Assembly (NCBI RefSeq): GCF_000400465.1
Contig: NW_008806284.1
Coordinates: forward strand, 210,001-242,000
DNA length: 32,000 nt
Origin: Wallemia ichthyophaga EXF-994
Lineage: Eukaryota; Fungi; Basidiomycota
Direction: 5' to 3'
Shown piece after piece: positions 10,151-22,182 of this stretch (the first letter of the stretch is position 1; each line of letters starts with the position of its first letter). Under the pieces are notes generated by a model. That model had not been told where the DNA came from, did no database searches, and worked only from the letters and a program-made list of their open reading frames with translations. The position numbers were made by a program, and so were the translations under genes.

Positions 10151-11380
10151 TCAAATACTTGTAGATGACGTATGTGATGAGGCTTTGGTAGAAATATGTT
10201 TTACGAATGAGATAAATAGCTGAAAATCGAAGCCTTCGAGCCATCTAAAGTGTAGAGTGTTTGAATTGGGTTCGTGGCTCTCAATGGAAATGGATAGCTT
10301 CGTTGGATTAAAGTGAGGTGTGAGGGGGTTAGTAGCAGCTCTTCTAGAAGATCTTGACCATGAGTTGATCCCCATAATGATTACAAACACACTACCCTCA
10401 CTACGATGACTGATGTACACGCTTGATAGCTGATTGATTAAGGAGATCATCGCATCAAGGTTGATTGGGTGGTTGAGGTTGTGAGTGTGATGAGTGGAAG
10501 GTGGATTCAATTTGAATAGTGATTTGTTGTTCGATCTTGCTAGTGAGTTGTCCAATCTGTACGGCAAGAATGACCATGCTAGCAGCCACCTCAGTGTGTT
10601 ACCCCGATTAATAACGTTCAAAGCATAATTCGATATGTTGTGCTTATTCAAATATTTGATTAGGATTGATAGATTTGATTTTATGCCGATAAGTGTGGAG
10701 TACCAGACAACCTTGTGCTTAAGTTTGATCGACTGGTTTATGAGTTTTAAAATGAATCCAAGCTCACCGCCTTCTGTGTACAGCTCATTGGTAGATCCCA
10801 GATTCAGTCCACTCGGATGATTCGACTTGATATTCTGTCTACTAACCTGACCTGCATCGTAGAAAGGTGGATTCATTATCAAGAAATCAAATTGAGCGTG
10901 ATTGTCTGTTATTTCCGAGGGAATTAGATTGTTATCATCTCTATCTACACCAACCAGCTTAATCTTATCGTCCAAGTTGTTACGATCAATGTTGGAAGCA
11001 GCCAACTCTAGTGAGGAGTGATCGATATCGGTTGCATAAACCAAGCAATTGTCAAACAATCTAGCAGCTAGTATTGGATATATGGGGAGGTAACCAGTAC
11101 CGATATCGATCAAGTTGAACGTATCACCGGGGCTTACATGACTCCGCCATATACTCTTTATCCAATTCAGGTAGTCTAGTCTGTTGGGTATTGTAGGCAT
11201 GAGCTTGTTTTGCACTAGGCTAACTTGTAAATTAAAGTAAACCTTTAGTATAGCCAGTGTTAAGTGTTTTACAGACAATTCATCCTTGAAATTAATCTTG
11301 TTTTGTTTATTGACAAATGGCTTCAACTTGCTGTACCTTGCAGCCAGCCAATTAAAATCAATCTCATCCAAATTTACCAT
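10151..11380 (-). CDS. METTL16: METTL16/RlmF-family RNA m6A methyltransferase
   Basis: 409 aa with LMPTIPNRLDYLNWI, DIGTG, IYPIL, ATDID, MNPPFY, GGELGFI, WYSTLIG and RWLLAWSF. Confidence 0.9.
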   Translation of the reverse strand: MVNLDEIDFNWLAARYSKLKPFVNKQNKINFKDELSVKHLTLAILKVYFNLQVSLVQNKLMPTIPNRLDYLNWIKSIWRSHVSPGDTFNLIDIGTGYLPIYPILAARLFDNCLVYATDIDHSSLELAASNIDRNNLDDKIKLVGVDRDDNNLIPSEITDNHAQFDFLIMNPPFYDAGQVSRQNIKSNHPSGLNLGSTNELYTEGGELGFILKLINQSIKLKHKVVWYSTLIGIKSNLSILIKYLNKHNISNYALNVINRGNTLRWLLAWSFLPYRLDNSLARSNNKSLFKLNPPSTHHTHNLNHPINLDAMISLINQLSSVYISHRSEGSVFVIIMGINSWSRSSRRAATNPLTPHFNPTKLSISIESHEPNSNTLHFRWLEGFDFQLFISFVKHISTKASSHTSSTSI

Positions 11381-11411
11381 TGTTTTATGTAAAGAAATTC
11401 AATAATCATAT

Positions 11412-12515
11412 TTAATGCTTAACAAGACAAAGGACATCCTCATCTTCTAATATATGGTCTAATCCGACCTTTTGACCTCTTGGATGTTTAGATGACTTGC
11501 CCCAAACAACGGCGTACTTGAGTTGCTTTGCGATTTCCTTGTGAATTGCATGTGCAAAGTGCTCAACAGTACATCTACCCTTTCTCAAAACAACTGGTGC
11601 CGTATAGTCTGGTGCTCTACCTTTGGGTCTTGTGTAAACTCTAACGAGCTGCAATCTCTGCCACATAATATCAATCAATTCATCAACGTTTAACCATTGT
11701 GACGATGAGATTGGAACAGAGTTTGGAATTTGATAGAGAAGATCCAATTCTTCAATTGAAATTGCATCAATCTTGTTTAAACAGTAGATGCAAGGGATGT
11801 ATACTCGGTTACCTTCAACAACATCAATCAGCTGGTCAACAGAGATATCCTCCCTAATCATAACATCGGCATTAGGTATTTTGTACTCTGACAAAACAGC
11901 CTTGATCTCTTCAGGTTCAATCTTTGTGAGTGGTACAGTGTTTGTGATAGCTATACCACCTTTTTCCTTCTTCTTTACTGAAATGTTTGGTGGTGATTGA
12001 TTTAGTCTAATACCGAAACCTTCCAATTCCCTTTCAATGACGCCCTTATCGTTTAATGGCTTCAATACGTCAAGTACAATGAAGATCAAGTTGCAAGTTC
12101 TTGAAACCGCAATGACTTGTCTACCTCTACCCTTACCATCTTTGGCACCTTCAATGATACCCGGCAAATCCAAAACTTGAATAGGTGCACCAAAAACATT
12201 CATTGTACCGGGAACAGTTGTAAGAGTAGTGAACTCGTAAGCAGCTGTCTCAGAGTGTGTGCCAGTTAATTTGGACATTAAAGTTGATTTACCAACTGAA
12301 GGGAAACCAATGAAACCGACTGAAGCTAAACCAGTCTTTGCAACATCGAAACCAACTCCAGGGCCACCACCACCAGAGGAAGAAGGAGTGAGAAGTTCCT
12401 TCTTGTATTTACTGAGCTTAGCTTTTAGCTGACCCAAATGGTAATTTGTGTTTTTATTCTTTTGAGTTCTAGCCATCTCATCCTCGATATCCTTAATCCT
12501 TTGTACCGTACTCAT
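11412..12515 (-). CDS. RBG1: Developmentally regulated GTP-binding protein (DRG1/Rbg1)
   Basis: 367 aa with [39 protein letters not shown] and a C-terminal TGS domain. Confidence 0.95.
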   Translation of the reverse strand: MSTVQRIKDIEDEMARTQKNKNTNYHLGQLKAKLSKYKKELLTPSSSGGGGPGVGFDVAKTGLASVGFIGFPSVGKSTLMSKLTGTHSETAAYEFTTLTTVPGTMNVFGAPIQVLDLPGIIEGAKDGKGRGRQVIAVSRTCNLIFIVLDVLKPLNDKGVIERELEGFGIRLNQSPPNISVKKKEKGGIAITNTVPLTKIEPEEIKAVLSEYKIPNADVMIREDISVDQLIDVVEGNRVYIPCIYCLNKIDAISIEELDLLYQIPNSVPISSSQWLNVDELIDIMWQRLQLVRVYTRPKGRAPDYTAPVVLRKGRCTVEHFAHAIHKEIAKQLKYAVVWGKSSKHPRGQKVGLDHILEDEDVLCLVKH

Positions 12516-12704
12516 TTTAAACTAATTTATTATGGTGGATGCTCACTCACAAGATTTGAATGAATACCTACGTCAGTTTCTAACTTTAAATAAATATAAA
12601 TTAACATTTAAAACAAAAACTACATTTTTAAATAAATTACTATAATATCCGCTGATCTCTGCTTCGAGCTATAAAATTTTCAATTTTCCTTCAAGACTAT
12701 GCTT

Positions 12705-14572
12705 TTATCCTGCTTGATTTGGTTGATTTGGTTGACCTGCTTGAACCGTTTCAGCCATTTGATTCGATTGTGCTGGTTGAACTACTGGGGCATGAAGAGG
12801 CGTCATTGACATAAAGCTGTGAATTGATTTTCCATTTGAATTGTTGCCCGGCGACTGTGGTGGACTTGCCCCAGCGCTGTTTGTCGCAGAGTTTGTCTGA
12901 CTATTAGGCAATGACCTTATCGCACTCTGCATAGGCGTTGATGAACTACCACTGATACTACTGCTTGGACTTGGATGGACGGGTTGAGGTGGCGACCTTA
13001 GTATCTCCTCTATCTTGTTTCTATTATCTAATGGCAGCGCTGGAGGTGGATTCGCATAACCCATCTCCTCCGTACCACCCATGGTCGAGCTCGATGTCGT
13101 TGACTGCGCTAACGGTGGTAGTCTAAAGTTGGTAAAGTGTACTGGAGAGCTTGCTCTGCTGACGTTTGGTGAATTGTGTGCTGATGTCGATGGTGTTCCT
13201 CCTCTGGAATTTAGATTGAAATAACTTGGCGTTGGATACACTCCCGTGCTTGTTTGATTTGGAAATAGGTTGAGCGATCTTAGTGGGCCCAGTACAGGTG
13301 AACTTGAAGGTGTAAACTCTATGCCGCCAGGAACAACAGGATAAGCACCTAAATTCTGCTGTATAGAACTCTGTTGCTTTGTAGGATTAAAAGTAGTTGT
13401 TTTTGCATCCTCTGTATCACTAAAGTCACTCTCTGCAGAACTAACAGGGCTAACTGTCTGTGACTGCTCTGCGGAGGAGGTATTGAAGGAAGCATAAGGA
13501 TGATAATTATGTCTATGGGTTCTAAGATGTGGAGGTTCAGTGAGAGTGTGCTCTCGTGCACTTAGAGTGCTAAGTTGATCACCTGAATAACTTTTATGGA
13601 AAGGCATAGAGGAGGTTGAAGGGGTAGTAAAAGAAGGTTGAAGTTGTGGCTGCATTTGATAAATGTTACCTTTGTTACCCTTCATCCGCTTAGATTGCTG
13701 TTCCATCTGTCTACAATCATCATGATCGCAGTTTATGTCATCGTTGAGACTAATCGCCGCCTGATTAAAGTCAGGATGATGACAACGAATTGGTTCTTGA
13801 GGTTGTTGATGTTGTTGCTTTAGGTTATAAGGCATATTATAGCGTTGTGCAGGAGGATTGAGGAAATTGAATTGATTGTTGTAAGGATTGAAAGAGGTGT
13901 TTGGAGAGCTTGAAGTGGAATTTGGCTGTGAGGAGATACCATCCTTGAGTTGCCTATGACGATATTCGTATTCAGCTCTTCTTACAGCTTCTTCTCTCTC
14001 TAATTCGTATAATTGATCAGCAGCTGCGGCGGCAAGAGCAGACATTTCATTAGCCGGCTGATAAGGAGTTGGAGGAAAAGAAGAAGTAGAAGAGTAAGCG
14101 TATGGGTTGAATTGGAGGGTAGGATTTGGGGGGATTGAGAGTGGATTAGCTTGTGCAGGGTTTTGAGTGCTGGGAGCTGATTGGCTGGGAGTAGCAGCGG
14201 AGTTAGCAGTAGCATTAACACTACCGCTACCGCTGCCACCGCCATTGCCATTCAAAGCCCTTTTACCTCTACCTTTAGGATTTGAATGAGTGCGCAGGTG
14301 CCTCGTAAGTTCATCTGATCTACTGAATCTTTTATGGCAGCCAGGGTGAGAGCATTGATGAGGCTTTTCACCTGTATGAGTTCTAATATGCCTAGTCTGT
14401 ATAAATCCAGTTAACGGCTTATCTAGTGAATGATATACGGCCAACCAACCTGATGCTCCAAACGATAAAAAGCTCTATCACATAAAGGACACTTGTAAGG
14501 CCTTGGAATTTTGGATTTATCGACGTTAAGCGCTTCCTCGATTTGCTTTAATTTATATTTTTCATTTGACAT
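12705..14572 (-). CDS. creA: C2H2 carbon catabolite repressor CreA/Mig1, 2 exons, 604 aa
   Basis: Exons 14572-14450 and 14396-12705 join as [19 protein letters not shown]|[37 protein letters not shown]. Also carries [13 protein letters not shown] and LPPL motifs. Confidence 0.92.
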
Positions 14573-14602
14573 GTTATGGTTGAGGTACAACAACAAGATA
14601 AT

Positions 14603-15194
14603 TTAATCAACGGCCGTTCTCTTCTTAGGGTTGACTGCGTTGGCTGTGTTGGCTGCAAAGCTCACATCCCCGTTATCTCCAGCAGGTACGGCCGCTTTCA
14701 AATGTCCCCAGCCGCCTCGGCCGCTATCATACTCCTGTCGGTATTCATCTCGGACTTGACCACCGGATCGACCACGTCCAAATTGACGACCATCTCTATA
14801 ACCTTGTGCATCTAAATCACACCTAATCATTCTCTCATCGAGTTTTGTACCGTTTATATACCTTAAAGCTTCAACTGCCTCTTGATGCGTATAATATTCA
14901 ACAAACGCAAATCCACAGGGCGTTTTAGTATTCCTATCTAATCCCATTATTATTCTCTTTATACCCTGTCCACTAGCCACTCTGCCGAACAACTCATATA
15001 TCTGTTCCTCTGTCGTGTAGAATGATAGATTCCCGCACTAAAATACATTATAAATATTAATATACTCATTTTCACACACTCACATACAGCGTCGTTGACC
15101 TATCAAGCATATCCCTCTGCTTCTCCGGGTCAATACTCGAACGCGTATCTTTATACGTTGAAGGTCCATCTAGGGGCTGTATAATTGAACTCAT
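14603..15194 (-). CDS. CBC2: Nuclear cap-binding protein subunit 2 (CBP20), 2 exons, 181 aa
   Basis: Exons 15194-15084 and 15037-14603: STTLY|[66 protein letters not shown]. Confidence 0.95.
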
Positions 15195-15391
15195 ACTGTT
15201 TATTTGGTTATTCTAATTATCCAATTGATCGACGTTGGTTGTGTGTGTTTAAGTGGTGTATTATGATTTTTCTGTTTTACTTGACAATTAATAGCCAGCA
15301 GCTATAAATTACTTGTCACTAGTATTTTTATATTTTGCTTGAAATTTAAAGATCTGTTGATCAAGAACTGCCATCCACACGATAACAAACC

Positions 15392-16077
15392 ATGTCTAGT
15401 CCGTCAACAGTACAATACCTGCTTCACCTAACATTTCCTCAGAATTAACCTATAGGCTATCAAATATCCCACACACAGCCACTATCAACGATGTAAAGAG
15501 AGTTATTGCTAGATCAACTAATATCAATCAAATCTCAGCGGATAATCATTTTATAAGTGGGTTTGCTACTATCCACAATACTACTCACTCACCCATCACC
15601 ACAGCTTCTTTCAGAAGTTCAAAATTCCCAAACTATCCAAACACAGCGACAATCAAATTCCTAAATCCAAAGCCAGCCGAGAATTTGAGGAATTCTTTAA
15701 AGACTATAAACACTCTCACTCTATCAACCTCTCAGATCAAGTGCCTACCTTTAGATAAGCCTAGCCAAGAAGACGTTTCTTTGACTCACTTTGAACCAGC
15801 AACCCACCCAGGCCAAATCGTTGTCTTGTCTGGTTTGCCTGCTAAAATCAACTCATTTGATATCCAATCCTATCTCAAACCTTATTATCTCGATAACTCC
15901 CCTAACTCCTCGGATCCCATCACCAACATACGCATTCCCTCCGATAAGTTCAGCAGCACCTCCAAATGGCTCGTCAGGCTCAACTCTGTATCTGAAGCTC
16001 ATCGCTTGGTGCGCAACCTCAATCAATCCAGCTGGGTCGATTCACATTATACGATTAATGCAAGAATAATTTATTGA
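15392..16077 (+). CDS. Hypothetical protein with two RRM-like segments, 2 exons, 213 aa
   Basis: Exon 15392-15398, a 44-bp intron (GTCCGT...CTAAC...CAG) and exon 15443-16077 give MSKLTYRLSNIPHTATINDVKRVI... and VVLSGLPAKINSFDI...WLVRLNSVSEAHRLVRNLN. Confidence 0.65.
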
Positions 16078-16109
16078 TCCGTTATCCACATATATAGACA
16101 TACACTTTG

Positions 16110-18581
16110 CTAATTCTTGTACTTTTTCTGCCTCTTTTCCTCTCTCTTCTCCTGGCGTGATCGATTGTCTAATTCTGGTTTATCATTCTTGTCCGCCTTA
16201 TCCACAATCTCCTCCTTTTCCTCATTGTCCTCTCTAGACTTACGCTTCTTCGCTACTGCTGGTCCTCTTCTATCCTCGTGCTGTTCACCACTCAATGGTC
16301 TATCAACAACTACACCATTAATCACTCGTGCTGCCTTCTTGACATTATTCACCTTGGTCAGCCCTGCATTTTTAACTTCCTCAGCCGTTTTCTCCCTCCA
16401 CTCCTCTATCCTTCTCCTAAACAGTGACAATCCAACCTTCCTAATCAGATACTTACCATACGCCGAGCCTGCTAAAAAGTCTTCGTGTTCGAGCAGTGAG
16501 TTGGCTATCTTCTCTCTAAAATATCCATCTGAAGTCTCGTATATCTTCTCTGCCACCCTGCTACCGACTCTCATATCCGCTAGCAGGTGATACGAACCGA
16601 GTAACTTTAGTCTCAATTTGTGTTTATATTTGAATGTAACAGCCTCTGAATCCATAATTCCATCAATTATACGCGAAGCTGGTGATGAACCACATATCTC
16701 TAGTATCCTTTCCATACTCAGATTTAAGAGGCTGTTCAGTATGGCTTCGTTGTGCGGTGTACCGAGATTGTACAGTGACAGAATTAGCTGTGCGCCTGCA
16801 CTTGTGAATCTGTCCGATTTCCCCTCCTTGTTTGACTGTTCCTTCTCTTCATCAGAGCTGCCTTCTTCGTCTTGATCGTTTTTCTCAAACATATCCTTGT
16901 GGAAGCGGCGGTATGACTGTTTAAAGTGAGCATGTCAGTACGGGCGCTTTTTTCAAACCACACCCACCTTCCATCTCTTCATCTCAAGCATGCACGGTAT
17001 GACATGCTGTGCTTGTGCTGTGCTCCGCGTGCTCAATCCGAAGCAATGCATGATGGCCTGTCAAGTGAGTTATGAATCGTGAGTCATGAGATCATGTGCG
17101 CTACTAAGCCAAAAATCCACTCACAGCCATGACATCCGCCTTAAATACATCCCGAAATACACCCACATCGCAATTCGCCATCAATGGCCCACTTCTATTA
17201 GTCTTGATTAATTTGCTTCCATTCTCGCGCAGTGCTGTTATAGCTCCCGCGAATTCTTTTTCAATGAATGTCCCGCTGAGACCGTTATCATTTCCCATCC
17301 TCTTGAGTGCCTTTGCATATACAAAATTACCGACGGGGTGCTTCATGCATCGCACTCCCCCCTTTCCAGTAAAGTAGAGTTGCCAAATAACCTCAAAAAC
17401 GGCAGAGCTTGAACATTCCATGGCAGTCTCGGTTGTGTGACTTGCAGTAGTGTCGAGTAGCGTAGTGGTTACGTGACTGCTAGCCTTAATTTGACTGATA
17501 TCTTCTGAATTCACCTGTCCTATCAAACCATCCATCCATGAATCCAAAAAGCTATCTGCGTTGTCGTTCTCTTTGTTTTTCTTCTCGTAGTGCAACAGCA
17601 GTTGAAGAATTGGTGCTCCATAATCACTCACCCCAAATGCCCTTATCTCAGCTGGAGAGGAGAAAGAGTCGAATAAAGCTTTGCGAAGCTTGTTAGAAAG
17701 CTCTTTAAAGTGTTTTGGTGGACGGTAGTACTCCTCCGGCTGCTGTTCATTCACGGCATCAAAGTTATCATGTCTGGATAGCCAATATTGTGACTTTTTC
17801 GAACGCTTCATCACGCTGTCGCTTACATCGCCAGATAACAAATGAAGTAAGTATCTGACGGGGTAGGTTGCGTGTGGATTGAGGATATGATCGCCGATCT
17901 TAGGTACTATCTCGTCCACCATCTCCACTATGAGCTTCGTTATAGTGCGTAATTCTCCCGCAGGTTCCTCGCTTTCATTGCTGGGAGGCTTTGCAATGTT
18001 TCCAGAGCTCTCTCTCATGATAGTACCTTTGGAGGACTCGAAGAAAGTCTCCAACACGTGACTGCCGAATCTGTTGCTGATGATGGTATTGATTTCGCCC
18101 ATCAAGGCATCCGCAAAGACCCTCTTCTCGAAATCACCCATGCGCTTGATCATGTGCTCCACCATAAGCGCGCATTCAGGATCAGTTGATAAGCAGAGTT
18201 CGTTTGAAGCCATTTCAGTGAGAGTAGCCTCCATCATCATTGCGTACTCGTCGTCGTCGGCCGTACTGCCATTGGTGAGTCTCTGGTCCATGTCTCTGAG
18301 ATAGCTCTTGAGATCTGGGTTCAAATCACCATAAGGAGTACTAGCTTGCTGGGAATCCAATAGCCAGTTGGGAGCTGCTTGATCTTCTTGCTGTGGGGCT
18401 GCCACGGGTTCCTGCACCGCCTGCTGCTCCTCTGTAGCCTTCTTGGAGATCTTCTTGCCTTAAAAACCCATCAGCTGGATCAACAAGCCACGGCGAATAC
18501 AAAACTCACCTCTCTTCCTTATCTGATCTTTAGGCCTGTGAATCTATTAGCTGCGTGTATACTCGCCCATCTCTCTCACAT
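16110..18581 (-). CDS. NOP9: Nucleolar Pumilio-repeat protein Nop9, 5 exons, ~752 aa
   Basis: Exons 18581-18580, 18535-18510, 18458-17125, 17057-16968, 16916-16110. N-terminus MPKDQIRKRGKK; NRFGSHVLET, HTTETA, HPVGNFV, SPASRIID and GSRVAEKI Puf-like repeats. Confidence 0.88.
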
Positions 18582-18634
18582 TAATGTTGGGCGTCGTTTC
18601 TCAACCAACAACGACGACGGTCTAATAAATTTAA

Positions 18635-19121
18635 ATGGCTGGATTGAAATCGATAATAGCACTATCACTCGTACTCGCACTGGGATTTCTACTGGTGATC
18701 CTGAGCTGTGCACTTTGGGGAAATTGGCTGCACTTGCTATCTGGTGGGTTTGTATGGGTGTGGGAGTTGTAGCAGCTTCTTACAAGCCACAGCTTTCCTA
18801 TTCGCGTTTGCGCCGTTCCCAAACTCAATCGCTACTCGAAACACGGAATCCACGATTACCTCCGGTGATGATTCAAATACGTAAGCGTATGACTGTGTTA
18901 TGATATTTAATAACAATCCACTCTCTAGTGCTATTCAAGACTTTTCCAGATTCTTTACCTCCATTATCCTCGTCACCGGCGCTGCAATACCTATCGTACT
19001 TGCCCACGCTGGCATACTCGCAATGACGTCGTCAATCATGTCTGTCACCGGTGGTACACTTATTTACACCACCATCGTTGCCTTTGGTAGCTCATTCCAC
19101 TCTGGTTCTGACGAGTTCTGA
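18635..19121 (+). CDS. VPS55: Vacuolar protein sorting 55 (OB-RGRP family), 3 exons, 131 aa
   Basis: Exons 18635-18743, 18787-18880, 18929-19121: MAGLKSIIALSLVLALGFLLVILSCALWGNW...AIPIVLAHAGI...GGTLIYTTI. Confidence 0.9.
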
Positions 19122-19155
19122 GACATATATATCCCAATGTATCATATAATGCTTT

Positions 19156-20775
19156 TTACTCTTCAATTTGATAGGTACAGTAATCTTGAATGATACTCTC
19201 CAATTTTGAGCTCTTCTTTCCCTTAATCACTACGTTTAAATCGAATTGCTTATCTATCTCATCGTCCACCAGTACCTTTGTCTTGATCGGCCTTCTCGCT
19301 GTCTGTGGTACTGGCTTGGGCGTGTTTGGTGCACTTTGTTTCATTCTTTCTGTCGGTGCTGCTACCTTGTAGCTCACCTCATCGATGGACGCCAACCGTT
19401 GCAATAGTTGGTCTGCCTCCTGCTCATCTCTTCTCGCCTTGGCCAGTCGCAGCCGTTGCTCCAGTTCTGCTTTCTCAAGTACTGCGCTCTTCTTCGTAGT
19501 ACCGCCCATAACATCAGATTTCTTCTGGAGCTTGAAATTGATGTCATCCTGTAAACATTGTCAGCTAATATCCTTATTTCAACAAAACCTTTCTCACATC
19601 TGTCCAAAATCGCTTCCTAGTATCTTCAATCTGCCTTCTAACCTTATCGAGTGATTTCCGTGTTGGTAATTTCGCCCTCTCGTCTTTGGCGTGTGCAATG
19701 AATCTATCAAATTCCCTATCTGTACACCGCGAGTTAGATACTTTAGACATAGGGCATATCTTGCTTGTTTTGCCCTGCCTGAGGACAAGTTGCTGATTTG
19801 TCATCGTATTTCCTTCAATTGCGTAGGGTTTGACGAGGCTGTCACCAAGGCCTGTGAAAATTAGCATTCCTATACCCGTCAAAAGCACTCCACCCACCAA
19901 TAACCTCACAAAGTCGATAGTCTGGCTTTCCATCGGATTCTCCGAGCAGATATCTAACGAAAGTGCCTTTGATAAAGTCTTCGAAGAATGGCGCATAGCA
20001 GAATTCGACGAGGTTAGTACGATTGATCATCACCCTAAGCACATCAGCTTTCTCGAGTGGTTTGTCGTCTTCCATATCGTGCTTGCTAACCTCACCTTCT
20101 TCCGAATCGTCGGAAGAGTGTACTGAGCGCGCGCGACCGCCGTAATCCTCATCGTCGTCATCCTCCTGTGTCGTGTGAGCATTGCTAGTTTACAAAGATA
20201 CCACCGCGTACATTCCTCGATCTCTTCTTGGTCTTTGCTTCACGCTTACTCTTGAGCTCCTCAAGCTTGCTCTTTTTCTCGGTTGTAGCGCCTGTCTGGG
20301 TGTGGCTACGCTTCGCAGCTGAAGCCACGTTATCTTCACCACCCGCCTGGGCAGCAGAAAAGAGTCTGTTGATATTCAGCGAATCCTTGTACTTTTGCAT
20401 CTCCTCCTGTCGAGAAGCGAGGATATCCTCACGCTCGAGTTCATCGAGATCGAGAAGCCTGAATATGTAAGCGTGGTGGCCGTAACACTGCGATCCACCC
20501 ACTTTGCTCTATCCGCTGAGTTCTTATACTTGCCTTCTAGAGGATATGGATTCTCGCTGTCTGCGGGTTGATCGACTTCCATGAGCGTATCCTTGCCGGC
20601 GTTGTCCTCTTCGCCGCTATCGCTGAGCCTGGGTGCTTGTCAGCGTAACAACACTTGCAAACAGCCTCCTCGCGCACCCTTCCTCCTCCTGCTTCGATAG
20701 CTGCTCATCAGCGCCATCGTCATCCCCTACGAGACCCAACAAATCAGCGTCGAGATCGTTATCCACATCGGTCAT
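19156..20775 (-). CDS. RTF1: Paf1-complex subunit Rtf1 (Plus3 domain), multi-exon
   Basis: Spliced frame gives MTDVDNDLDADLLGL, NPYPLEGKYKNSADRA, ELEREDILASRQEE, INRTNL...PFFEDFIKGTFVR...YRLCEVIG and MSKVSNSRCTDREF. Confidence 0.88.
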
Positions 20776-20863
20776 ATTTTTTATCTCAAGATGGTTCGGG
20801 TTAATGACGCGACGTCGTACCCATCCCCATCTCGTTGATATAAACGTCGAGATAGAAAAATTG

Positions 20864-22125
20864 ATGAAAACTGTTTCAACGGCTCCACTGGCTGGCTACA
20901 ACCTCGCTTATTCCCCTTTTCATAAATCTAGATTGGCTGTAGCATGCGCAGCCAATTACGGTGAGTGATAAGACGCACGCAATCGCCGGCAATTATAGCT
21001 TTATAGGCCTCGTTGGAAATGGCAGGCTTAGAGAGTATAGCTACGATCTACACGGCGATCTTTCTCCCCACTCATCGTGAGCCGTTTCTCTGGTATCGGA
21101 TACTTTTAATTGCCGAGACAGTTTCGACACTCAAGACGGTCTATTCGATTTGGCGTGGTCTGAACTCCATGAGAACCAGATCGTGACTGCAACTGGCGAT
21201 GGCAGCGTGCGGCTATTCGATACGCAGATTCCTGTGGGTGGTTCTATGTCCACTCAGCCGCACACACTCATCCACCGCGCAGAAATTCCCAATTAGGGCG
21301 TGGCATGAGCATTCTAGGGAGGTTTTCGGCGTCGACTGGTCACCAACAGACAAGACGCAGTTTGCGACGTACGTCATTGAGCTGATATCATCCATATCAC
21401 TCACAGCTAACGTCATTCCAGTGCTTCTTGGGACGGCACTGTTAAAATAGTGAGGAGACTCCACTCGCTCTCTCTTAGTTCACCACTCACTGCCACCAGT
21501 GGACACCCGATAACACCCACTCACTGCTCACACTTCCTGCGCACGATGGATGCGTCTACTCTGCCATATACAGCCCCCATCAGCCATACTGTCTAGCCAC
21601 CTGCGGATCAGACGGCAAGCTTCATGTATGGGATCTGAGAACACCTCAACGCCCAGCGACGTCACTGGCTGCCTCACCAACAGAGCTGCTATCGCTCGAT
21701 TGGAACAAGTATATCCAAGGCACGCTAGCCACTGGCAGCGTCGACAAGAGTATCAAAGTGTGGGATATACGGCAAGCGAAATGTCTCAATAACCTCCATG
21801 GACACGATTTCGCTATTAGGAGGGTGCAATTCTCGCCCCATGTACCCAATCTCATTGCCAGCGCATCTTATGACATGAGCGCAAGAGTGTAATTACCTGC
21901 CTCGCCGTTTGATCCACTCAATTAACGTGTTTTAGGTGGGACACTAGCGTTAACGCGTGCATTCATATCCATGATGCTCACACCGAGTTCGTCACAGGGG
22001 TCGCCTGGTCTCTATTTGATCCCTTGGTGCTGACTACTTGTGGATGGGACTACAAGGTGCACCTGCTCAGCCTCAAGGACCTGAATAGGCCGAACAACAT
22101 GAGGAACATCAGCAACAAGAGGTGA
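20864..22125 (+). CDS. PEX7: Peroxisomal PTS2 receptor Pex7 (WD40), multi-exon
   Basis: GYNLAYSPF, NYGLVGNGRL, FDTQDGLFDLAWSELHENQ, EHSREVFGVDW, DWNKY, SASYDMSARVW and HTEFVTGVAWSLF across GT-AG introns. Confidence 0.9.
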
Positions 22126-22182
22126 TATACCAACTATACTATACAACTACTGTACAAATCATTTAAACGACCCAATTTGTAA

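Noticed and set aside
15392-15448. Apparent frameshift or pseudogene at the start of the RRM-like gene
   Set aside because: It is resolved by a 44-bp intron with a perfect CTAAC branch point and CAG acceptor.
16117-16875. Antisense ORFs over NOP9, and similar ones over ENA, RTF1, SepH and PMA1
   Set aside because: They are reverse-strand readthroughs of well-supported genes.
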